Source of the DNA: Candidatus Saccharibacteria bacterium RIFCSPHIGHO2_02_FULL_47_12
GTDB taxonomy: Bacteria; Patescibacteriota; Saccharimonadia; Saccharimonadales; JANWIN01
Assembly: GCA_001790455.1 (NCBI GenBank)
Contig: MGCP01000036.1
Location: forward strand, 353-34,191
Length of the DNA stretch: 33,839 nt
Direction: 5' to 3'
Below the pieces are notes generated by a model. That model was not told where the DNA came from. It did no database searches and saw nothing but the letters and a program-made list of their open reading frames with translations. How positions within the stretch are numbered: position 1 is the stretch's first letter; every line of letters begins with the position of its first letter. The translations under genes were made by a program, and so were the position numbers. Below, one piece after another: positions 17,931 through 27,983 of the stretch.

Positions 17931-19163
17931 ATGCGCGAGCAAAATGCTCATATCTTTGTTGGCCTAGATATAGGCACCAGTATGGTTCGTTGTGTGGTTG
18001 GTATGCCAGGCGAGCAGGACCCCACTAAGCCATCGGTCATTGGCCACGGTTCAGCCCCCAACCAGGGTATGCGCCGCGGCGTTATAGTACATATTGACGA
18101 CGTTGTCCAGGCCGTCCAGCAAGCCGTTAGTGAGGCTGAGCGTCTTTCTGGCATGCAGATTGGTCGCGTGACTGTGAACGTTAATGGCAGCCACGTTGTG
18201 GGGGTAAACTCTCGGGGAGTTATAGCCATAAGTACAGCCAACCGAGAAATCACTGCCGAGGATCGGTTTAGGGCAGAAGAAGCCTCGGCAATCATCAAGC
18301 TACCACCCAACCGCGAGATCATTCAAATTTTTGCCAAAAACTATAGGTTGGACGGCCAAGACAATATAAAAGATCCGGTTGGTATGCAAGGTGTTAGGTT
18401 AGAGGTTGACACCCACATCGTCACGGCTTCTATACCAAACCTTCGCAACCTAGATGCTGTATTAGATAAAGCACGCCTATCTGCCTCGCATCATACCGTT
18501 TCTAGCCTAGCTGCAGCCGAGGCTGTTCTAAACAGGCAGCAAAAAGAGGCGGGAACGGTTTTGATCGACATTGGCGCCGGCACGACCAACCTGGTGGTTA
18601 TAGAAGACGGTGAGGTACAGCACATAGCCGTTATACCCATGGGCGGCATACACATTACTAACGATCTAGCTATTGGTCTAAAAACCGACCTAGATATTGC
18701 CGAGGCCGTCAAATTACAGCACGCCAATCTATCTGGTGATACCAAGAGAACACGCGTCTCGGTCACCGTTAATCGCAAAAATCATGCTTTTGACCCTGAA
18801 GAAATACATATGATTGTAGAGGCTCGCGTAGAAGAGATATTTGAGTACGTAGATAAAGAGCTTCGAAAAATCGGGCGTTCGCGAAAATTGCCTGGCGGTA
18901 TAGTTCTGGTTGGCGGAAGCTCCAAACTTCCAGGTATTGCAGAGTTCGCAAAAGAAAAACTAGAACTTGCTGCCCGAATTGGAACGCTAGAATCAGTCCA
19001 GGGACTTAAAGATACTGTGGGTGACCCTTCTTTCTTTACGGCTGTGGGCCTAATGTTACTAGACATGTTGCTTCTGCCCGATAGCCACCACATCTTAGCT
19101 GGCAACGGGGGCAAGGGAGTTTCGGGGCTTATTGAGGGTATTTTTAAGCGCATAAAGCGTTAG
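17931..19163 (+). CDS. ftsA: Cell division protein FtsA (start revised to ATG 17931)
   Basis: VGLDIGTS, DIGAGTT, GGIHITNDLAIGL, VLVGGSSKL; TATACT 6 nt before ATG 17931. Confidence 0.96.
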   Translation: MREQNAHIFVGLDIGTSMVRCVVGMPGEQDPTKPSVIGHGSAPNQGMRRGVIVHIDDVVQAVQQAVSEAERLSGMQIGRVTVNVNGSHVVGVNSRGVIAISTANREITAEDRFRAEEASAIIKLPPNREIIQIFAKNYRLDGQDNIKDPVGMQGVRLEVDTHIVTASIPNLRNLDAVLDKARLSASHHTVSSLAAAEAVLNRQQKEAGTVLIDIGAGTTNLVVIEDGEVQHIAVIPMGGIHITNDLAIGLKTDLDIAEAVKLQHANLSGDTKRTRVSVTVNRKNHAFDPEEIHMIVEARVEEIFEYVDKELRKIGRSRKLPGGIVLVGGSSKLPGIAEFAKEKLELAARIGTLESVQGLKDTVGDPSFFTAVGLMLLDMLLLPDSHHILAGNGGKGVSGLIEGIFKRIKR

Positions 19164-19296
19164 CTTACGCCTAATCTGCAGTTTTTGTATTCACTCATTT
19201 AATATCGTTACGCAAGAGGGTTCCGGCAGTTGTTCATTGCAAATTAGTACGCTATACTACCACTTATAAAAGTGAGTTAAAGGATAGTTCAGCGAT

Positions 19297-20583
19297 ATGC
19301 CTCAAGTTACACCTGCCATAGAAACATTCGCCCGTATTAAGGTAATTGGAATAGGTGGGGCGGGTGGTGCAGCTATCAACCGAATGGTAGAAGCTGGGGT
19401 TACTGGTGTAGAGTTTATTGCGGTTAATACCGACGCGCAGGCCTTGCATCATTCTAAGGCTAGCGTCAAGATTAATATTGGCAAAGACACTACCAGGGGC
19501 CTGGGTTCTGGTGCCGATCCTTCCGTGGGGCAAAAAGCAGCTGAGGAATCAGAAGAAGAGATTAAAAGCGCCATAGAAGGTGCAGATATGGTGTTTGTGA
19601 CCTTGGGTGCCGGAGGAGGCACGGGCAGTGGCGCTGGCCATGTGGTGGCCAACGTAGCCCGAGACCTGGATATTCTAACTATAGGGTTTGCTACAAAGCC
19701 ATTTGCTTTTGAGGGTGAAAAACGCCGCCGCAACGCCGAAACAGCCATAGATAAACTACGAAAAAAGGTAGACACGCTGATCGTTATACCTAACGACCGC
19801 TTGCTTCAGACTATAGATAGGCAAACTCCGCTTCTTGAGGCATTTAAGGTAGCAGATGATGTTCTGCGCCAAGGAGTCCAGGGCATTTCAGATCTTATCA
19901 CCGTCCACGGGCTTATTAATTTGGACTTCGCTGATGTTAAGACGGTTATGGCTCACGCCGGTTCTGCCCTGATGGGCATAGGACGGGCCAGCGGCGAGAA
20001 TCGCGCCGTGCAGGCTGCACAGCAAGCCATAGAGTCACCTCTGCTAGAGGTGTCAATCGACGGGGCTAGAGGCATCTTGTTTAACGTCATTGGTGGCAAC
20101 GACATGACCATGCATGAAATTAACGCCGCCGCAGAAACAATCACTGCTGCCGCCGACCCAGATGCCAACATTATATTTGGCGCTACTATTAATCCAGAAC
20201 TAGAGGGCGAGATAATCATTACAGTAGTGGCAACGGGTTTTGATTCATCATACTTTGCCAACAGACAGCACGTAGATCGCCCGGAAGCCGCTTTTTCTGA
20301 AGATAAGCACGAAGAATTGCCAGTTGGCGAAGAAGCCATGTCTGACATAAACATGGACCTAGAGTCTAAAAAAGAAGGCATAGACCCACACGAGGAGTTT
20401 CATTCTGACCATCCTGTAGCAAACATATGGACCCTGGGAGACGACAATCACAGCGATAGTGCCAGCCATAAGGATGCGGATGAGGACCCTAGCACAGCTG
20501 AAGAGTCAGAACTAGACAAACCATCGTTTATTCGTAGGCTAAAAAAGGGCAAAAACAAAAAAGACGACGAAAAAAAGGGTTAG
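19297..20583 (+). CDS. ftsZ: Cell division protein FtsZ
   Basis: GGGTGSG tubulin signature, [10 protein letters not shown]-terminal LDKPSFIRR. Confidence 0.99.
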   Translation: MPQVTPAIETFARIKVIGIGGAGGAAINRMVEAGVTGVEFIAVNTDAQALHHSKASVKINIGKDTTRGLGSGADPSVGQKAAEESEEEIKSAIEGADMVFVTLGAGGGTGSGAGHVVANVARDLDILTIGFATKPFAFEGEKRRRNAETAIDKLRKKVDTLIVIPNDRLLQTIDRQTPLLEAFKVADDVLRQGVQGISDLITVHGLINLDFADVKTVMAHAGSALMGIGRASGENRAVQAAQQAIESPLLEVSIDGARGILFNVIGGNDMTMHEINAAAETITAAADPDANIIFGATINPELEGEIIITVVATGFDSSYFANRQHVDRPEAAFSEDKHEELPVGEEAMSDINMDLESKKEGIDPHEEFHSDHPVANIWTLGDDNHSDSASHKDADEDPSTAEESELDKPSFIRRLKKGKNKKDDEKKG

Positions 20584-20596
20584 CTGGCCCTTTTTG
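20572..20596 (+). terminator. Intrinsic terminator overlapping ftsZ stop
   Basis: AAAAAGGGTT-AGCT-GGCCCTTTTT. Confidence 0.6.
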
Positions 20597-20662
20597 TATT
20601 AAATAATACACCATAATATGGGTTGCAAACCCCTACGGGTAGAGTTATGATGGTTGCACATA

Positions 20663-20678
20663 ACGCTATATGTAGCGA
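20663..20678. promoter_or_regulatory. Candidate NrdR box
   Basis: ACGCTATATGTAGCGA resembles the acaCwAtATaTwGtg consensus upstream of nrdR-nrdJ; weaker match at ~20740-20755. Confidence 0.65.
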
Positions 20679-20777
20679 TAGCCAAAAGGTTAGCACCTTT
20701 AAAACCATAAAATTTTGCGAATAGAAGTGCTAGCCCTGTAAACTATATGTAACTGAGACATCTAAGGAGACAAACCG

Positions 20778-21257
20778 ATGAAATGCAGCCAGTGCCAAAC
20801 CGATGACACCAAAGTCATAGAGTCGCGCGATGTAGCTGATGGCCAAGCCATTCGCCGCCGCCGGGTCTGCATGAAGTGCAATCATCGTTTTACCACCTAC
20901 GAGCGCATAGAAAAACCCCAGCTCATTGTTATAAAAAACAATGGTACGCGTGAGTTGTTTAACAGGGACAAGCTAATGGCAGGGCTTTACCGCGCCTGTG
21001 AGAAAACGCCGGTAACTAGCCTGCAGCTAGAAGAGCTGACCAATAAGATAGAGCAGGATATCTATGAGCTAGGAGAGCCAGAAGTGTCATCTTCTAAGAT
21101 TGGCCAAATAGTTATGGACCGGCTGGCCAGCTTAAACGAAGTAGCATATGTGCGATTTGCAAGCGTCTATCGTCGATTTAAAGATATTGCCGGGTTTGAG
21201 AGAGAATTATCACAGATTCGGGAGGGTAAGACAGGTAGCATTAAAGACAAGGGTTAG
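20778..21257 (+). CDS. nrdR: Transcriptional repressor NrdR
   Basis: CxxC..TKVIESR..IRRRRVC..C..RFTTYE, ATP cone, VAYVRFASVYR. Confidence 0.98.
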   Translation: MKCSQCQTDDTKVIESRDVADGQAIRRRRVCMKCNHRFTTYERIEKPQLIVIKNNGTRELFNRDKLMAGLYRACEKTPVTSLQLEELTNKIEQDIYELGEPEVSSSKIGQIVMDRLASLNEVAYVRFASVYRRFKDIAGFERELSQIREGKTGSIKDKG

Positions 21258-21440
21258 ATCGGCTGCCCAGTTTCTTTTACAGATGTTAAAAGGAGCTGGG
21301 GAGCTGATGGACGGTTCATAAGAGAGACTAAAGAACCGACTGCAACTCTAAACAAAAACTTAAAAACTAAAAGACTAAAGGCAGTGGGCTTTGTGTACCC
21401 ACTGTCTAATGGTCGCAACAAAACATAACAGGAGGGAACA

Positions 21441-24227
21441 ATGGGACAGACAACAATTCTAGCTCGCCAACGGCTTTTTACGGAGCCAGGCATCAAAGCT
21501 TATAAGGCTCTAAAGTGGGTTAAACGTGACTCATCAATAGTAAACCCCATGACCGGCAAGCCTGTGTTTGAACAAAAAGACGTTCTGTTCCCAGAGGGTT
21601 GGTCGCTCAACGCAATCAACATTGTTGCCCAAAAATACTTTACTGGCACCCCCGGTACCAGTGGGCGAGAACACAGTCTAAAGCAACTAATAGACAGGGT
21701 AGTAGACACTATTACCCGCACGGGTATCCAAGAGGGCTATTTTGAGTCTGATACCGAAGCAGAAGACTATAAAGAAGAACTAAAGTACGTACTAGCCACA
21801 CAGCGCGCAGCTTTTAATTCTCCTGTATGGTTTAACATTGGCGCTCCTGACCGTTCCCAGCAGGCTAGCGCTTGTTTTATATTGGCCGTAGACGATACTA
21901 TGCCCTCAATCCTCAACTGGTACAAAGAAGAAGGCATGATATTTAAGGGTGGCTCTGGAGCAGGCATAAACCTGTCCAGCCTGCGTGCTTCTACCGAAGA
22001 GCTTGGCAAAAGTGCCGGTACGGCTTCTGGCCCAATTAGCTTTATGCGCGGAGCCGATGCTTCTGCCGGAGCCATTAAAAGCGGTGGCAAAACACGCCGG
22101 GCAGCTAAAATGGTCATTTTAAACGCTGACCACCCTGATGTAGAGGAATTTATTTGGTGTAAGGCTATAGAAGAGCGCAAGGCTCGCGCCTTATCAGAAG
22201 CTGGCTACGATATGGACCTAGACGGCAAAGATGCCTTTAGCGTGCAGTATCAGAATGCCAACAACTCTGTAAGGGTTACAGATGACTTTATGCAGGCTGT
22301 CCAAAACGACGATGACTGGCAGCTAAAGGGCGTAAAGACAGGCAAGGTTGTAAAAACAGTTAAGGCCCGCGACTTGTTTAGGCAGCTTGCAGAGGCAGCT
22401 TGGGAATGTGCTGATCCTGGCATGCAGTTTGACACCACTATTAACCGTTGGCACACCGCTCCAAACGCAGGCCGCATAAACGCCTCTAACCCCTGTAGTG
22501 AGTACATGCACCTAGACAACTCTGCGTGCAATCTTGCATCTATCAACCTGCTTAAATATTTAAATGATGACGGAACGTTTGATATAGAGTCATTCAAGCA
22601 CACCGTAGAGCTTATATTTACAGCCCAGGAAATTCTGGTTGGCTACAGCGAATACCCAACAGAAAACATCACCAAGAATGCACGTATCTACCGTGAGCTT
22701 GGTATAGGCTACGCCAATCTAGGAGCCCTGTTGATGGCTCAAGGTTTACCCTATGACTCAGATGAAGGCCGCGCCCAAGCGGCAGCTATTACCGCCCTTA
22801 TGACGGGCCATGCGTATGCTACCAGTGCACGCATATCTCATAGGGTTGGTCCGTTTGCCGGTTTCCACAAAGATCAAGAAGGCATGCTAAAAGTGTTAAA
22901 AATGCACAGGGAGGCAGTTTCACACATAGATGCCGGTTTGGTTAATGAGGAACTACTAAGTGCTGCTGCTAGTGCATGGGACGAAGCTGTAGAACTAGGC
23001 GATTTATACGGAGTACGTAACTCTCAGGCTAGTGTGTTGGCTCCCACAGGTACCATAGGCCTCATGATGGACTGTGACACTACTGGTATTGAGCCAGATC
23101 TAGGACTAGTAAAGGTTAAAAAACTAGTTGGTGGCGGTACCATGAGTATAGTCAACCAAACAGTGCCTCGAGCACTAAAAGTACTCGGTTATAGTAAGGA
23201 CCAGGTAAAGGATATAATTGACTATATTGATGTAGAAAAGACTATACTTGGTGCACCCCACCTCCAGAAAGATCACGAAGCTGTCTTTGCTTGCTCTATG
23301 GGCGACAACTCTATCCACTACATGGGGCACGTAAAAATGATGTCAGCAGTACAACCTTTTATTTCTGGTGCTATTAGCAAAACCGTAAACATGCCAGAAG
23401 AGGCTACAGTAGAAGATATAGAGCAACTCCACATGGAAGCTTGGAAGCTGGGGCTTAAAGCAGTGGCTATTTACCGCGACAACTGCAAGGTAGCTCAGCC
23501 ACTTTCTATGGCTAAGAAGGAAGGCAAAGAAAATCAGCAGCCAATTGCTATGGCGCCGGAAGGTATGAATGACAAGATCATTCTAAAAGGCGCTGTACGC
23601 AGGCAAATGCCCAAAGTTCGTACGGCCAAAACGTTTAGCTTTACTGTAGGGGGCTTGCACGGCTACTTCACTGTGGGTGAGTTTGAAGACGGTAACCCTG
23701 GTGAGCTGTTTATCAGCATTGCCAAGATTGGTTCAACGCTTGATGGCCTTATGGACTCATTTGGACGGTCTATAAGCTACGGTCTTCAGTATGGCGTACC
23801 ACTAAAGACCTATGTAAAGGGAATGTCCCATATGGCCTTTGCACCGTCGGGCATAACTGATGATCCAGATATCAGGACGGCCTCGTCGGTAGTTGACTAC
23901 ATATTCCGCCGCTTGGCTCTAACCTATCTGTCGTTTGATGATCGCCTAGAGCTTGGGCTGGCTAGCATAGACGATATGCCAGAAGACCAAACCAGCTTGT
24001 TGGAAGCTGCTACTGCTGTAGAGGAATCTAGCACACCAGAACCCAAGTTAGAGAAGGTTTCAGATACACCCGCTCCTCAATTTGGATCTGTAGCAAAGCA
24101 ACCAAGCAAACCCTCTACCACCAAAGACGAAACGGCGCCTTTGTGCTACAACTGTGGCAACCAGACCCAAAAAGCCGGCAGTTGCTATGTTTGCACCGCC
24201 TGCGGCTCCACCACTGGCTGCAGCTAG
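21441..24227 (+). CDS. nrdJ: Class II (adenosylcobalamin-dependent) ribonucleotide reductase
   Basis: FNSPVWFN..ACFI, SNPCSEY, APTGTIG, GAISKTVN, C-terminal Cys cluster; no beta-subunit gene adjacent. Confidence 0.95.
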   Translation: MGQTTILARQRLFTEPGIKAYKALKWVKRDSSIVNPMTGKPVFEQKDVLFPEGWSLNAINIVAQKYFTGTPGTSGREHSLKQLIDRVVDTITRTGIQEGYFESDTEAEDYKEELKYVLATQRAAFNSPVWFNIGAPDRSQQASACFILAVDDTMPSILNWYKEEGMIFKGGSGAGINLSSLRASTEELGKSAGTASGPISFMRGADASAGAIKSGGKTRRAAKMVILNADHPDVEEFIWCKAIEERKARALSEAGYDMDLDGKDAFSVQYQNANNSVRVTDDFMQAVQNDDDWQLKGVKTGKVVKTVKARDLFRQLAEAAWECADPGMQFDTTINRWHTAPNAGRINASNPCSEYMHLDNSACNLASINLLKYLNDDGTFDIESFKHTVELIFTAQEILVGYSEYPTENITKNARIYRELGIGYANLGALLMAQGLPYDSDEGRAQAAAITALMTGHAYATSARISHRVGPFAGFHKDQEGMLKVLKMHREAVSHIDAGLVNEELLSAAASAWDEAVELGDLYGVRNSQASVLAPTGTIGLMMDCDTTGIEPDLGLVKVKKLVGGGTMSIVNQTVPRALKVLGYSKDQVKDIIDYIDVEKTILGAPHLQKDHEAVFACSMGDNSIHYMGHVKMMSAVQPFISGAISKTVNMPEEATVEDIEQLHMEAWKLGLKAVAIYRDNCKVAQPLSMAKKEGKENQQPIAMAPEGMNDKIILKGAVRRQMPKVRTAKTFSFTVGGLHGYFTVGEFEDGNPGELFISIAKIGSTLDGLMDSFGRSISYGLQYGVPLKTYVKGMSHMAFAPSGITDDPDIRTASSVVDYIFRRLALTYLSFDDRLELGLASIDDMPEDQTSLLEAATAVEESSTPEPKLEKVSDTPAPQFGSVAKQPSKPSTTKDETAPLCYNCGNQTQKAGSCYVCTACGSTTGCS

Positions 24228-24265
24228 TCCTTGACCCTATATCCTAAACCCTATACCCTAGCAGT

Positions 24266-24532
24266 ATGAAAGTGCTTGTGCTGTACCGGCCACAATCTGA
24301 ACACGCCAGACGAACTGAGGAATTTGTAGAAAACATCAAACGGCAACACGGGGTAAAACTTGACGTAGTAGATGTAGATTCACGCGACGGTGTGGCTACG
24401 GCCAGCATGTACGACATAATGCTTTACCCGGCGGTGCTAGTGATGACGCTAGATGGCAGGCTGATAAAGCTATGGAGTGGAGAAGAAGTACCACCCATGC
24501 CAAATGAAGTCGTAGCCTATACTTTCAGTTGA
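24266..24532 (+). CDS. Small thioredoxin/glutaredoxin-fold-like protein lacking cysteines
   Basis: Beta-alpha-beta pattern, VVDVD, YDIMLYPAVLV cis-Pro-like motif, DGRL; own promoter TTGACC-17-TACCCT. Confidence 0.65.
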   Translation: MKVLVLYRPQSEHARRTEEFVENIKRQHGVKLDVVDVDSRDGVATASMYDIMLYPAVLVMTLDGRLIKLWSGEEVPPMPNEVVAYTFS

Positions 24533-24581
24533 TTGCCTAAGCCTAACAGATAAGATATAGTGATTATGAAGTCTAAAACCT

Positions 24582-27461
24582 ATGGCAGTACAGAAATCAC
24601 AATTTGCTGTCCTTGAAGAGGACATGCTAAAGATCTGGAAGAAAGAAAAAACCTTCCAGAACAGTTTAGATTTGCGAAAAGGCGCCAAACAGTTCAGCTT
24701 TTATGATGGGCCTCCGTTTGCAAATGGACTGCCACATTATGGCCATGTAGTACCCAGTACCATAAAAGACGCCATGGGACGGTACAAGACCATGCGTGGT
24801 TACTACGTACCACGAGTGGCGGGGTGGGATACTCATGGTTTGCCCGTTGAATACGAAGTAGAAAAACAGTTGGGTATATCTGGCAAAAAACAAATACTAA
24901 AACTTGGTGTAGACAAATTCAACCAAGCCTGCCGCGATTCTGTTTTTCGCTACAAGGGTGAGTTTGAAGATTTTATAAGCAGGTTAGGGAGATGGATTGA
25001 CCTAGAACACCCATACACCACGCTAGATGACAGTTACATAGAAAGTGTGTGGTGGGTTCTCAGCGAACTTCATAAAAAGGATCTGGTATACAGGAGCTTT
25101 CGCAGCATGCCTTACTGTCCGCGCTGCGCAACGCCACTGTCAAACTTTGAGCTAAACCAGGGTTACCAAGACGATGTAGAAGATCCAAGTGTCTACGTAA
25201 CGTTTCCCCTAAAGAGCGATCCAGATACGGCCTTACTGGCCTGGACAACCACCCCTTGGACTCTGTATGCCAATGAGTTACTAGCAGTCAAACCAGACGC
25301 TACCTACGCAACTGTTGAGCTTAAAAACCCGGTAGATATAAACGTCAAGCGGCTGATTTTGGCTAAGAACAGACTAAGTGAATTAGACCTACGCAAGTCA
25401 GAATATAGGGTTGTAAAGACCCAAAAGGGCCAGGAGCTAGTCGGCCAAAAATATGAGCCTTTGTACAAAGTTACAACGTTATCTGCCAAAGACCTAGAGA
25501 ACGCTTACCAGGTTTTACCAGAATCAACTGTAAGCCTAGAGGATGGCACGGGGGTATTGCACGTGGCGCCGCGTTACGGAGAAGTAGACCTAGCCCTAGG
25601 CCTAAAGCACCGTTTGCCGCTTATTAGTAGCGTAGATAATACCGGTCAAATGGTGCCCGAGCTAAACGATGTAGCGGGGCAGTTCTTTAAAGATGCGGAT
25701 CCGCATATAATTGCCCATCTTACTAAGGAAAAGAGAGTGTTTGCAGCTGAAACCATAAAGCATACCTACCCATTCTGCTGGCGGTGTGATTCCCCACTGC
25801 TGCATTACGCCACCCCTAGTTGGTTTGTGAAAGTTACAACATTTACAGATAAGCTGGTCAAAAATAATGAACAAATAAATTGGGTACCGAAACATATCAA
25901 AGCGGGTCGTTTTGGCAACTGGCTGGCCGACGCACGTGACTGGGGAATCTCTAGAAACAGATTCTGGGGAGCACCTTTGCCTATTTGGGTAAACGAAGAA
26001 GATGACACAGACATAATTGTTGTAAGTTCACTAGAAGAACTAAGCAAGCTGTCTGGGCAAGACAAGTTTGATCTACACCGCCCAGGTATAGATATGGTGA
26101 TTATTAAGAAAGACGGCAAGACCTACAAACGCGTAGAAGAAGTGTTTGATTGCTGGTTTGAATCTGGCTCTATGCCCTATGGCCAAGGACACTATCCGTT
26201 TGAAAACAAAGAAGAGTTTAACACCGGGTTTCCGGCGGACTTTATATCTGAAGGGCTAGACCAAACCAGGGGCTGGTTCTATACCTTGCATGTGCTTGCT
26301 ACTGGGTTATTTGACAAACCGGCATACAAAAACGTGGTTTGTCACGGTATTGTCCTGGCAGCAGACGGCAAAAAACTCAGCAAACGCCTGCGCAACTACC
26401 CACCATTAGAAGAGGTTTTTAACACCTACGGTGCAGACATACTGCGTTTCTTTATGCTAAACAGCCCAGTAGTGGTGGGTGAAAACGTTCGCTTTGGCGC
26501 TGACCTACTAAAAGACGTTCAGAGAAACGTATTTATGACGCTACAGAACGTACACAGATTCTTCCAAACTTATACAGGGGTAGACAAGTGGCAACCAGAA
26601 TCATTTGAGTTGCCAAACGCAACCCATGTTTTAGACAGGTGGATCTTAGCTCGACTTCAGCAGACTATAAACGAGGTCACAAAGCAGGCGGATGCCTACA
26701 GGCTAGACAAGGCTACGGATCCACTGGTGTCTTTTGTAGATGACTTGTCGAACTGGTACGTACGCCGCAGCAGGCGCCGTTTCTGGAAGAGCGAGAACGA
26801 CAGTGACAAGCTGGAGGCTTATACCACGCTCCACTACGTTTTAGTTCGCTTAACCCAGCTATTTGCACCCTGGTCACCATTTATAAGCGACCACTTATGG
26901 CGTGAACTTACAAAAGGTCTTAATCTGCCACAATCAGTACATTTGAGCGACTGGCCCAAGGAAGAAGAAGTAGATAACCATGTCATAGAACAGATGGAGC
27001 TAGCCAGGAACTATATAAACGAAGGACTTGGCCAAAGGGCTAGCGCCGGCATAAAAGTCCGCCAGCCTCTAGCTAGCCTAGAGATACCAAGGCTAGACAA
27101 GGAGTTGCAAGCAGTTATTGCCGAAGAGGTAAATGTTAAAGAGGTGGTTGCCGCTAAGGGAAGCAAGGTCGTGCTGGATATACGTCTAACAGAGGACCTG
27201 AAAGCAGAGGGCCTTATGCGCGACCTGGTGCGCCAGATTCAGGAAGCCCGCAAAAAAGCTGGCCTAGAGGTAAGCGACCGCATACACCTAGACGTCAAAT
27301 CAGACGACAAGACGGTTCAAAAAGCCCTAGACGTATTTACAGACGTAATAAAGCTGGAAACGCTAGCAGTAAGCCTCAATGAAGCCCACAAACCATCTAG
27401 CCATGAGTCCCTTGCCAAGGTTGAGGGCAAGGAAGTGGTGATTGGCCTCGCAAAGGCGTAG
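24582..27461 (+). CDS. ileS: Isoleucyl-tRNA synthetase, type 2
   Basis: DGPPFANGLPHYGH, GWDTHGLP, WTTTPWTL, EGLDQTRGWF, KLSKR, RRSRRRFW. Confidence 0.98.
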   Translation: MAVQKSQFAVLEEDMLKIWKKEKTFQNSLDLRKGAKQFSFYDGPPFANGLPHYGHVVPSTIKDAMGRYKTMRGYYVPRVAGWDTHGLPVEYEVEKQLGISGKKQILKLGVDKFNQACRDSVFRYKGEFEDFISRLGRWIDLEHPYTTLDDSYIESVWWVLSELHKKDLVYRSFRSMPYCPRCATPLSNFELNQGYQDDVEDPSVYVTFPLKSDPDTALLAWTTTPWTLYANELLAVKPDATYATVELKNPVDINVKRLILAKNRLSELDLRKSEYRVVKTQKGQELVGQKYEPLYKVTTLSAKDLENAYQVLPESTVSLEDGTGVLHVAPRYGEVDLALGLKHRLPLISSVDNTGQMVPELNDVAGQFFKDADPHIIAHLTKEKRVFAAETIKHTYPFCWRCDSPLLHYATPSWFVKVTTFTDKLVKNNEQINWVPKHIKAGRFGNWLADARDWGISRNRFWGAPLPIWVNEEDDTDIIVVSSLEELSKLSGQDKFDLHRPGIDMVIIKKDGKTYKRVEEVFDCWFESGSMPYGQGHYPFENKEEFNTGFPADFISEGLDQTRGWFYTLHVLATGLFDKPAYKNVVCHGIVLAADGKKLSKRLRNYPPLEEVFNTYGADILRFFMLNSPVVVGENVRFGADLLKDVQRNVFMTLQNVHRFFQTYTGVDKWQPESFELPNATHVLDRWILARLQQTINEVTKQADAYRLDKATDPLVSFVDDLSNWYVRRSRRRFWKSENDSDKLEAYTTLHYVLVRLTQLFAPWSPFISDHLWRELTKGLNLPQSVHLSDWPKEEEVDNHVIEQMELARNYINEGLGQRASAGIKVRQPLASLEIPRLDKELQAVIAEEVNVKEVVAAKGSKVVLDIRLTEDLKAEGLMRDLVRQIQEARKKAGLEVSDRIHLDVKSDDKTVQKALDVFTDVIKLETLAVSLNEAHKPSSHESLAKVEGKEVVIGLAKA

Positions 27462-27472
27462 TATCTAAAGGA

Positions 27473-27509
27473 AAGGACGCTTGTACAAAGCGTCCTTATC
27501 TGTTAAACT
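27473..27509 (+). promoter_or_regulatory. 10-bp perfect inverted repeat after ileS overlapping the rplU promoter
   Basis: AAGGACGCTT-GTACA-AAGCGTCCTT; TTGTAC(27481)-17-TAAACT(27504). Confidence 0.55.
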
Positions 27510-27523
27510 CTTTCGGTATATTT

Positions 27524-27832
27524 ATGAAAAAAGCAGTAATTACTACCGGTGGAAAGCAGTACCTCGTGTCTGAAGGTGATGAGTTCAATGTGGAACTGAT
27601 CAGCTCAAAAGACAACAAGCTTTCTTTTGAACCTCTTCTAACCATTGACGGAGATAAAGTTACCGTTGGTAAGCCAACAGTCGATGGCTCTAAGGTTAGC
27701 GCTGAAATTATCGAAGCCCAGCTAAAGGCAGACAAAGTGACAGCTATTCGTTATAAAGCCAAAAAACGAGTAAGAAAAGTACACGGCCACAGGCAAAATC
27801 TTACCAAAATAAAAATTACTAAAATCAGCTAA
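27524..27832 (+). CDS. rplU: 50S ribosomal protein bL21
   Basis: AVITTGGKQYLVSEGD, VGKPTV, GHRQ. Confidence 0.97.
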   Translation: MKKAVITTGGKQYLVSEGDEFNVELISSKDNKLSFEPLLTIDGDKVTVGKPTVDGSKVSAEIIEAQLKADKVTAIRYKAKKRVRKVHGHRQNLTKIKITKIS

Positions 27833-27849
27833 CTCCATACCTGTTAGTA

Positions 27850-27925
27850 GCTTCATTTGTCACACTTTTTTGCTTTACTTGGTCACACTTCTTCGCTTGA
27901 CTTGGTCACACTTTGAGCCGATAAT
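27850..27925 (+). promoter_or_regulatory. Three tandem 22-23 bp repeats (GTCACACTT at 27859, 27882, 27905) overlapping a promoter
   Basis: GCTTCATTTGTCACACTT / GCTTTACTTGGTCACACTT / GCTTGACTTGGTCACACTT; TTGACT(27897)-17-GATAAT(27920). Confidence 0.75.
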
Positions 27926-27983
27926 GGCTCTTGAATAGCATTAGGGGTATAAAAAAGAAACCGGTAAATATACCATAAGTGAT

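Noticed and set aside
21258..21430. Cobalamin riboswitch upstream of nrdJ
   Set aside because: Only weak fragments (GCAACT, CCACTG); the conserved core and B12 box are not recognisable
24566..24616. Out-of-frame uORF overlapping the ileS start
   Set aside because: Its ATG is only 4 nt from the predicted -10 (TATAGT 24556-24561) and so probably upstream of the TSS
7719..26119. Numerous short antisense ORFs overlapping rpsA, infB, ftsA, ftsZ, nrdJ, ileS and others
   Set aside because: Fully overlap well-supported genes, with no motifs or start signals
27850..27917. Tandem repeats as a CRISPR array
   Set aside because: Period of only 22-23 bp, no unique spacers, no cas genes
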